Source: Myxococcota bacterium
GTDB lineage: Bacteria > Myxococcota > JACRCW01
NCBI GenBank assembly: GCA_040752415.1
Contig: JBFMGU010000040.1
Location: forward strand, 1-53,747
Direction: 5' to 3'
Length of the DNA: 53,747 nt
Made by a program: the position numbers and the translations under genes. Below, in pieces: positions 45,602 through 53,747 of the stretch. Each line of letters begins with the position of its first letter. The first letter of the stretch is position 1. The notes below the pieces were generated by a model. The model had not been told where the DNA came from. It searched no databases and was given only the letters and a program-made list of their open reading frames with translations.

Positions 45602-45745
45602 GTGCTCACCGGTCGTCGTCGCGGAGTCGCCTTCTTGCTTCCGGCCTGGTCGTCACGACGTGAATCAGCCAGAGCGTTGCTTGCTCAGGCCGCCCGCCTA
45701 CTCCACCCACGCAGAGCCCCGCCGACGGCCGGGTGGTGCAGCCGG

Positions 45746-45956
45746 GATGGCCCTGGCCGCGGAATCGCAGACAGGAATGGCTGCGCCACGGGAACTGCGC
45801 CGTCGATATCGCGACCCCACGGGCATGGGTTGTCGAAGCGGGTTCAATGAACCGTGGCGCAGCCATTCTTGTCTGCGGTTCCCCGGCCAAGGGCCATCAC
45901 TTCGCAGGTGTCGGGTTCACCCGTGCCACGGGCAACCCGAACGGGATCCGCGGTAC
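45746..45956 (+). repeat. REPIN-like dispersed repeat, copy 3 (most intact)
   Basis: Arms 45746-45791 and 45852-45898, ~60-bp spacer, conserved 3' tail. Confidence 0.9.
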
Positions 45957-46010
45957 TTTCGGAGCTCCCGACGAGCCCCGACGTCCTCCCCGGGACCCTC
46001 CCACAGACCT

Positions 46011-47744
46011 TCAGGAAGCCCAGCGCGGCAGCGTCACCGTGAACGTGGCACCCTGCCCCTGACCGCTCACCACCTCGATGGCGCCGCCATGCGCTTCCAC
46101 GATGTTGCGCGTGATGTACAGCCCCAACCCCAGCCCCCCGTAGGACGAGGGCGGCACCGCGCGCTCGAACCGCTCGAAGATGCGCGCCTGGTCCCGGCTG
46201 GGCACACCAATGCCCTCGTCGTGCACGCTGAGGATGGCGTTGGGCCCCTCCTCCCGGACCTCCACGCGCACCGGCCGGCCCGCCCCGTACTTCAACGCGT
46301 TGTCCAGCAGGTTGGCCACCACCTGGTCCACCCGCAGGTGATCCCAGTTGCCCACCACCGGCGCGGGCGCCACCACCTCCATCCGGCAACCCGCGGCGCG
46401 CGCCGCCCCCGCCATGCGCGCCACCACGTCGCGGACCACCTCCCCCAGGTCCGTGGGCTCGCGGATGAGCTCCAGGTTTCCCGACGAGATGCGGGACACG
46501 TCCAGCAGCGCTCCCACCAGCTTCTCCAGCCGGACCACCTGGCGGTCCGCGCCGTCCAACAGCTCCAGCAGCTGCGGGAGGTCCTTGGCCCCGGGGCGAC
46601 GCAGCAGGGTCCGGATGAGCTGCACCTGCAGGCGGATGGGCGTTAGCGGTGTCCTAAGCTCGTGCGAAGCAATGGCCATGAACTCCTCGCGGAGGCGCGT
46701 GGCCAGCTGCGCCTTGCGGTACAGCCGCGCGTTCTCCGTGGCCAGCGCGGTGTTGATGGCCATGTCCTTGAACAACGCCTCGTCGGTGGGCCGCAGCGTG
46801 AGGTCCTTCCCCGCGCGGGCCCAGACCAGCACCCCCACGGGATGGCCGTGGGCAACCAGGGGCACCATCCACAGCGTGGCGTCGTGGTTGAGCTTGCGGC
46901 CCACGCGGAGCGTGGCCAGCGTGCCGGCATGCATCACCTTCCGCAGCGCCTGTTGGCCCTCCGTCTCCCGGCTCCACCGCATCAGCTCCCGCGCCAGCGC
47001 GCTCTCCTCCGCGTTGGGACTGATGCTGGTCAGCCCCGGGGTGGGTTCGTCCTCCTCGGCCAGGAACACGGCACAGCAGTCGGCAACCCGGCCCGCGCAC
47101 AGGCGCACCAGCCCCTGCAGCACCGTGCTGAGGTCCAGGGAGTGGCTGAGGATGGCACTGGCCTCCAGCAGCAGCGCGGCGGAGCGGACGTTCTCCTCCG
47201 CGGCGGCGCGGGCCCGCCGTTCCTCCTCCAGCGCCCGTTGCTCCGCGGCGCGCTGATCGGTGACGTCCAGGCCGCCGCCCAACACCGCCACCACCTCGCC
47301 GTCGTCATCCAGGATGGCGGTCTTGGACCACAGCAGGGTGCGCAGGCCACCGTCGCGGGTGCGCCACCGGCTCTCGTGCGGGCTGGTGACCCAGATGTGC
47401 TCGTCGCCGGTGCGTTGCCACGGCCCGGCCTGCGACGTGTTTCCCCCCAGGCTCCGCGCCCGCTCCAGCAGGTGGCGGCACCGCGCGGCCTCCTGCGGCG
47501 GCTCCAGGTAGCGCCACACCGGCGTGCCCACGACCTCGCTCGCGTTGTGACCGCAGGTGCGCTCCGCGCTGCGGTTCATGCGCAGGATGCGGCCGTCACG
47601 GTCCAGCACCACCAGGAAGCAGCCGGCGTGGGCGAACACGGCGTCGGGGAGACTGCTGACCTCCGCGGGGCTCGGGGGGAACAGCGGAGCGGGATGGCCG
47701 TTCCGCCACGCGGGCCCGCGCGCCTCTGCGCCTGCTGGAATCAT
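46011..47744 (-). CDS. PAS-GAF sensor histidine kinase
   Basis: VVLDRDGRILRMN, GAF, FMAIASHELRTPL, NLLDNALKYG, DEGIG, GGLGLGL. Confidence 0.93.
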   Translation of the reverse strand: MIPAGAEARGPAWRNGHPAPLFPPSPAEVSSLPDAVFAHAGCFLVVLDRDGRILRMNRSAERTCGHNASEVVGTPVWRYLEPPQEAARCRHLLERARSLGGNTSQAGPWQRTGDEHIWVTSPHESRWRTRDGGLRTLLWSKTAILDDDGEVVAVLGGGLDVTDQRAAEQRALEEERRARAAAEENVRSAALLLEASAILSHSLDLSTVLQGLVRLCAGRVADCCAVFLAEEDEPTPGLTSISPNAEESALARELMRWSRETEGQQALRKVMHAGTLATLRVGRKLNHDATLWMVPLVAHGHPVGVLVWARAGKDLTLRPTDEALFKDMAINTALATENARLYRKAQLATRLREEFMAIASHELRTPLTPIRLQVQLIRTLLRRPGAKDLPQLLELLDGADRQVVRLEKLVGALLDVSRISSGNLELIREPTDLGEVVRDVVARMAGAARAAGCRMEVVAPAPVVGNWDHLRVDQVVANLLDNALKYGAGRPVRVEVREEGPNAILSVHDEGIGVPSRDQARIFERFERAVPPSSYGGLGLGLYITRNIVEAHGGAIEVVSGQGQGATFTVTLPRWAS

Positions 47745-48047
47745 GCTCCCTCCTCCTCACGGGTGCGCGCAGCCGTGACGTCGCCGGGGCGGAAGCCCGG
47801 CCTTGCCCCGCGACGCTGCAAACGCGTCCTCCCGCGAGCCCCCGGGGCGTGGCGGAGAGGAGCCCACGTTGCCCGGACTTCAGCCGTTGCCCTGGAGATA
47901 CCCCGGCCTGCCCGGGTGTCAACGACGACGGCACGTGCCCAAGCCCAACCCGTGGCCAGCCCTGCGGCGCAGCCCCGGCTGGCGGCGCGCTCTCTCGTGG
48001 CGGCGGGCGGCGGGGCCGTGGCAGGGTGGCCCGCGGAGGTGACCAAG

Positions 48048-49073
<1,026 letters not shown>

Positions 49074-49133
49074 CGACGTTGTCCATGGCACGCTCACGCG
49101 GCGCGGGAAGAATCGCGTGCTCGGAGCGCGGAC

Positions 49134-49721
49134 ATGACCAGGACACTCAACGACGACACCGTTGCCTCCGACCCTGTTGGCATTTCGGTGTCCCATCGCC
49201 TGCTCGCAATGCTGGAACCCGAGCTGTTGGACCCGCCGCTACTTGACCGGCTCATCCCCTCGCGCATTCAAAGGCGACAATTCTGGATGACACGAATCCC
49301 CGAACAACTGATGCACGGAGACAGCCGCGCCGCCCTGGTTGTTCAGAGGCAGCCCCTGCTCGTGGCGGCGTACACGGATGAGCTGGATTGTGTCGTGCAG
49401 CTCCGGTTTCCCGAGTCTTTTCAGCCACCCATGGCCTTGGAAGTTGGGACGCGACTGCTGACGGTGAACGTCTACGCAGACATCAACAACGGCGTTGCCC
49501 CTGACCTGACGCTGGGAGAACGCCACTTCCGACGCTACGGAAACTTCACGCCCTACATCGCAGATTTCCTATCCGCGAGCACCAGCGCCATTGCCCGGAG
49601 AATCGCCTCCATCAGCGAGGATGAATGGGAGCGGTGCTCGACACTGGCCGACGCGTGGCGACGGAAGTCGGGGGGGCGAGCACGGGATGGGCGACCCACA
49701 AGGTCCTTCATCCCCGCTTGA
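49134..49721 (+). CDS. Hypothetical protein (possibly DUF3239-like), lower GC
   Basis: 195-aa ORF with GDSRAALVV...PLLVAAYTDELD; codon usage differs from neighbours. Confidence 0.6.
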   Translation: MTRTLNDDTVASDPVGISVSHRLLAMLEPELLDPPLLDRLIPSRIQRRQFWMTRIPEQLMHGDSRAALVVQRQPLLVAAYTDELDCVVQLRFPESFQPPMALEVGTRLLTVNVYADINNGVAPDLTLGERHFRRYGNFTPYIADFLSASTSAIARRIASISEDEWERCSTLADAWRRKSGGRARDGRPTRSFIPA

Positions 49722-50087
49722 GACCGGCGTTTTCAGCCATTCGCCACGGTCTTCGTCATAGATAAGCGCCACCTCCCCGCACGTCTTCCTGCAGGTCGTC
49801 GCGGACAAACGCGGGACGCGGGCTGCGGCGCGCGTGGGTCACGAATGGCGCGCTGCACTGCTCCCGGCGCGGTGAGGACCGGCCCTCCGGTCAACGCAGC
49901 GTCTCAAGGGGCGTTCCCGCTCAAGTTGACTCTGGCGCCCGGCGAAACACGACGATGACGACTTGAACCATGTAGGGGCCTCGTTGCGTCGCCGTGTCAA
50001 CAGGAGCGCGAGTCGGCGGCGGGCGCGGAAACGCTGGCGCGGTGCGCACTCGGCGGGCACGGCATGGTTGGTGCACTCCCGCGTTCC

Positions 50088-50390
50088 ATGAGCACCGTGA
50101 AGCAGAAGCTGCTGACCATCGTCACCGAGCAACCCCTGGAGCCCCTGCTGACCGACGAGCTGCTGCAACTCGGGGCCCGGGGACTTTCCGTGGTGGAGGC
50201 GCGCGGGCGTGGCCGACACGGGGTGCGTCCCAGCACCTGGGGCAGCGGCAACATCCAGCTGGAGCTCATTGGCGACGAGGCCCTGATCCAACGCGCCCTG
50301 GCCATGCTGGACCGCTACCGCACCGACACCGCGCTCACCGCCTGGGTGGTCGACGTGGAGGCCTGGCCGTCGGAAAAATTCGTCGGCTGA
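50088..50390 (+). CDS. PII-like (SbtB-type) signalling protein
   Basis: KLLTIVTE..LE..L..EL..LGARG.SV.EARGRGRHG.R...W...NIQLE...DVE...EKF. Confidence 0.8.
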   Translation: MSTVKQKLLTIVTEQPLEPLLTDELLQLGARGLSVVEARGRGRHGVRPSTWGSGNIQLELIGDEALIQRALAMLDRYRTDTALTAWVVDVEAWPSEKFVG

Positions 50391-50427
50391 CGTCGGGGGC
50401 ACGCGCAATTCCTGCCGGGGTCGCGCG

Positions 50428-51036
50428 TCATTCCCTGCTGCGCTTCCCCTTGAGCTCGGGCAGCGGCACGGCCCAGGAAGCCGAGAGCGCCGCGCGCACG
50501 CGTGACGCCAGCTCGACGCTGCGGTTGTGGATCTCCTTGTCGTCGCAGTCGTCGCGGTTCTCCACGCACTGGCCCAGCTTCACCATGGCCGCCTGGATGT
50601 ACTCGTCCTCCACGGTGATCATCGGCCCGTAGTAGAGGCGCCAGAAGGTGTGCTCCGCCTCACGACGTGCTTCTCCGTCGGGCAGCGTGGCCAGCGCGGC
50701 GGCCGCGGCGGTGACGTCCTGGTAGAGCCGGAGCTGCGCCTCCCAGAACGGCCGCTGCGCGACGAAGAGGTCCAGCGAGTTGTCCTCGGGGGGCGGCGTG
50801 GGTTGGGCCGCCGCGGGTTGGGCGGGCGCCTCCGCGGGACGGCTGACAAGGTGGCCCGGCTGCTCCCACAACGCCCGCACGCCCAACCACGGCGCCCCCG
50901 CCGCCACCACCACCGCCACCAGCAACACCACGCGGTCCACCCAGCCCCGACGGAGCCGCTGCTGCACCTCCGCCATCTCCAGCCGCAGCTTCTCCAGTTG
51001 CGCCTGCGTCACCGCGTCGGGGGCTCCCTCCGCCAT
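50428..51036 (-). CDS. Hypothetical membrane-anchored protein
   Basis: RBS GGAGGAG; transmembrane helix, then RPFWEAQLRLY...FWRLYYGPMITVED..I..AMV. Confidence 0.7.
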   Translation of the reverse strand: MAEGAPDAVTQAQLEKLRLEMAEVQQRLRRGWVDRVVLLVAVVVAAGAPWLGVRALWEQPGHLVSRPAEAPAQPAAAQPTPPPEDNSLDLFVAQRPFWEAQLRLYQDVTAAAAALATLPDGEARREAEHTFWRLYYGPMITVEDEYIQAAMVKLGQCVENRDDCDDKEIHNRSVELASRVRAALSASWAVPLPELKGKRSRE

Positions 51037-51315
51037 GTGCTCCTCCGTTCTCGTCGCGCCCCACACGCTGGAGGAGGTCCGGGGCCACGTCAAAAACCGT
51101 GACACACCGGACGCAGCGCCCTCCGCGCTTGGCAGCGGTGTGGCAGGACGGCCAACGCCAACGCTCGTTGCAACACGGTGCTGGAGTGTGAGCGCAAGCA
51201 CGGTCGACCTTGCCGGGGATCTGTCCCACAGGGCAGGATCCGGACCTCCAGGCGCTCTTCGCGCGGGGTCCGCTCGACCCTCCCTTTCCCGCCCGCGGGG
51301 CCGCAGAACCGCGAC

Positions 51316-53747
51316 ATGTCCCAAGACCCCCAATTGGTGTTTGGCCGTTTCGAGATTGTGCGCCGCCTGGCCATGGGCGGCATGGGGGAGATCTTCCTGG
51401 CGCGACAGCGGGGCACGGCCGGCTTTGACCGCCTGGCCACCCTGAAGACCATGTTCCAGGAGCTGAGCGAGGACGACGCGCTGCTCAACCAGTTCCTGGA
51501 CGAGGGCCGGCTGGCCGCGCAGCTCAACCATCCCAACGTCATTGCGGTCTACGAGCTGGGCGAGTGGGAGGGCGCCTACTTCATCGCCATGGAGTACGTG
51601 CAGGGCGCGGACCTCTCCACGCTGCTGCGCAAGGCCGAGAAGAAGGGTGAGCCGCTGACCATGCGCCAGGCGGCCTCCATTGCGCAGGGCGTGGCGCTGG
51701 GCCTGGACCACGCGCACCACGCGCTGGACCCGCAGGGCAACGCGCTCAACGTGGTGCACCGCGACATCAGCCCGCAGAACGTCATGGTGCGCCTGGACGG
51801 CGTGGTGAAGGTGGTGGACTTTGGTCTGGCCAAGGCCACCGCGCGCCTGACCCACACCGCGCCCGGCCAGGTGAAGGGCAAGCTGCGCTACCTCTCCCCG
51901 GAGCAGCTCAGCGCCCACCAGAGCGACACGCGCAGCGACCAGTTCTCCTTGGGCGTGGTGCTGTGGGAGATGCTCACGCAGCAGTCGCTGTTCGACGCCG
52001 AGGGGCCGGCGGAGATCGTGGCGGCGGTGCTGCAGAAGGAGATTGAGCGGCCCTCCCGCCTCAACCCCGCCGTGCCCCCGGAGCTGGACGAGATCACGCT
52101 GCGCATGCTCAGCCGCGACCCGAGCCAGCGCTTTGGACGGTGCGCGCAGGTGGCGGATGCGCTGGGCGCGTACCTGGGAGCCTCGGGCGGACCGGCGGAC
52201 CGCGAGGTGGCCGAGTGGGTGCGGGTGCTGGCCGGCGACGCGATCCTGGAGCGCACCCGCGACCTCACCCCGCAGGCCACCGCGCTGCCCATGCGCGCCC
52301 GGAGCGAGCCGCGCAACTGCCCCAGCTGCGGCCACGCCAACGCGGGACCGGGGAAGTTCTGCGCGGAGTGCGGCGCGCGCCTGGACGGCGGAGGCGCCCC
52401 CGCGGCGGGCAAGCGCGCGGCGGCCCCGGCCATCTTCCTGCCCGGCGGGGAGCCCCACGACGACCCCGTGACCTTCCTCCCCGCCGGCAGCGGGAGCGCG
52501 CAGCTGGTGACCATGGTGGGCTGCGGGCTGGCCGGCCTGGACTCCTTGCCGCAGTACCTGGAGCCCGCGCAGGTGCCCTTTGTGCTGGGCAGCACCGTGG
52601 AGGCGCTGGAGGGCGCGGCCGTTGACAGCGGCGGGGCGGTGGTGTGGCGGGGACGGCGCGCCATGGTGGTGGCCTTTGGCTGGCACAGCGCCCGCCCCGA
52701 CGACGCCACGCGCGCGCTGCAATGCGCCATGGCCATGCTGGGCGCGGTGCAGATGATCAACAACGCCTTCGGCCTCAACGTCGAGGCGCGGCTGGGCGTG
52801 GACCGCGGCCTGGCCCACGTGGCGGAGGAAGGCGGGGTGCTGCGGTTTGACGGCGGGCTGCTTGGTCGCGTGCACCAGCTGCAGAAGCGCGCCGGCACCG
52901 GGAAGGTGCTGGTGGGCCCGCGGGTGCGCGAGGAGAGCGCGCGCGAGGCGGATTTCAGCCCGCAGCCCATGCCCATCACCATGCCCGACGGGCGCAAGCT
53001 GGACTGCACCGAGGTGCTGGCCGTCAAGCCGGCGCCGGTGCGCCCCGTGGGTCGCGCGCGGGAGCTGGACGAGGTGCGGGACCTGCGCAACGCCGCGGCG
53101 CAGGGCGCGGTGGCCGGCGTGTTGTTCGTGGGGGAGACCGGGAGCGGGAAGTCGGAGCTCCTGGCGGAGTCCGCGCGCCTGGCCACCGAGGCCGACTTCC
53201 TGGTGCTGCGCCCGCGCGTGGGACGGAACGGTCCGGCGGTGGGCCTGGAGCTGTTGCTGGCCATCCTCTCCGAGCTGGGCGCGCTGCTCGGCCGCGTGCT
53301 GCCCCCGCCCACCGACGAGGCCAACTCCTCCAAGCTGCTGGAGGTGCTGGGCTGGTCGGGGCTGCCCCCGGAGGTGCGCCAGGGCCTCTTGGCGGTGCTG
53401 GAACCCGCGCCGCCGCCGCCGGGGATGGACGCCGCGGAGTGTCGCGCCCGGGTGGAGTTTGCGCTGGTGCAGCTGCTGCGCGTGGTCTCCCAGCTCAAGC
53501 CGCTGTGCCTGGTCCTGGATGACCTCCAGCGCGCCGACCCCGACTCGCTGCGCATCCTCGAGGACGTGCTGGGCCGCGCCGCCGGGGCGCGGGTGCTGGT
53601 GGTGGGCGCGGCCGCGGTGGACTCCACATCCGGACGCTCCCTGCACATTGCCCAGGACGAGCCCCTACAAAAACGCCTCCGCCGCCAGCAGAGCACCCGC
53701 CTGGGCCGTGCCTCGCTGCGCAAGCGTGTGGTGGTGGAGCACCGCCA
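51316..53747 (+). CDS. Ser/Thr protein kinase - zinc ribbon - cyclase-like - AAA ATPase (runs off window)
   Basis: Read manually (absent from ORF track): LAMGGMGEIF, HRDISPQN, DFGLAK, CPSCG...FCAECG, GETGSGKS, LVLDDLQRAD. Confidence 0.93.
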   Translation, partial: MSQDPQLVFGRFEIVRRLAMGGMGEIFLARQRGTAGFDRLATLKTMFQELSEDDALLNQFLDEGRLAAQLNHPNVIAVYELGEWEGAYFIAMEYVQGADLSTLLRKAEKKGEPLTMRQAASIAQGVALGLDHAHHALDPQGNALNVVHRDISPQNVMVRLDGVVKVVDFGLAKATARLTHTAPGQVKGKLRYLSPEQLSAHQSDTRSDQFSLGVVLWEMLTQQSLFDAEGPAEIVAAVLQKEIERPSRLNPAVPPELDEITLRMLSRDPSQRFGRCAQVADALGAYLGASGGPADREVAEWVRVLAGDAILERTRDLTPQATALPMRARSEPRNCPSCGHANAGPGKFCAECGARLDGGGAPAAGKRAAAPAIFLPGGEPHDDPVTFLPAGSGSAQLVTMVGCGLAGLDSLPQYLEPAQVPFVLGSTVEALEGAAVDSGGAVVWRGRRAMVVAFGWHSARPDDATRALQCAMAMLGAVQMINNAFGLNVEARLGVDRGLAHVAEEGGVLRFDGGLLGRVHQLQKRAGTGKVLVGPRVREESAREADFSPQPMPITMPDGRKLDCTEVLAVKPAPVRPVGRARELDEVRDLRNAAAQGAVAGVLFVGETGSGKSELLAESARLATEADFLVLRPRVGRNGPAVGLELLLAILSELGALLGRVLPPPTDEANSSKLLEVLGWSGLPPEVRQGLLAVLEPAPPPPGMDAAECRARVEFALVQLLRVVSQLKPLCLVLDDLQRADPDSLRILEDVLGRAAGARVLVVGAAAVDSTSGRSLHIAQDEPLQKRLRRQQSTRLGRASLRKRVVVEHR

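Overview
A roughly 70% GC bacterial window whose gene content (Ser/Thr kinase-AAA fusion, Cys-rich lipoproteins, V4R-like protein, ECF sigma factor) looks myxobacterial (Myxococcota). It holds about 45 mostly accessory genes plus cysD-cysN(C), and I found no rRNA, tRNA, CRISPR array, integrase or transposase. (1) A ~7.3 kb mosaic at 29.7-37.3 kb is bounded by a direct duplication of the cysD leader and first codons. Inside it, a bshB1-3'/bshA-5' junction remnant is split by a 4.4 kb insertion. (2) That mosaic carries two parallel two-gene cassettes, each a CsgG/TolB_N-like protein with a C-terminal hydrophobic hairpin followed by a lipoprotein. The lipoproteins share an N-terminal 4-Cys module and a Ser-rich linker but have unrelated passengers, which suggests a surface-display system with exchangeable passengers. 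(3) A third lipoprotein with the same N-terminus has two 7-repeat FDGRY propellers, each inserted inside a LamG domain. (4) There are four kinds of long palindromic intergenic element: a TAA-flanked MITE, a three-copy REPIN-like family, a ~103 bp-arm inverted repeat and a 25 bp-arm inverted repeat. (5) Also present are a candidate structured leader RNA, a tandem defensin-like lipoprotein, a hollowed-out stressosome operon, an orphan Type III-like methyltransferase and two probable pseudo-enzyme domains. All family assignments come from motif recognition by eye, not database searches.
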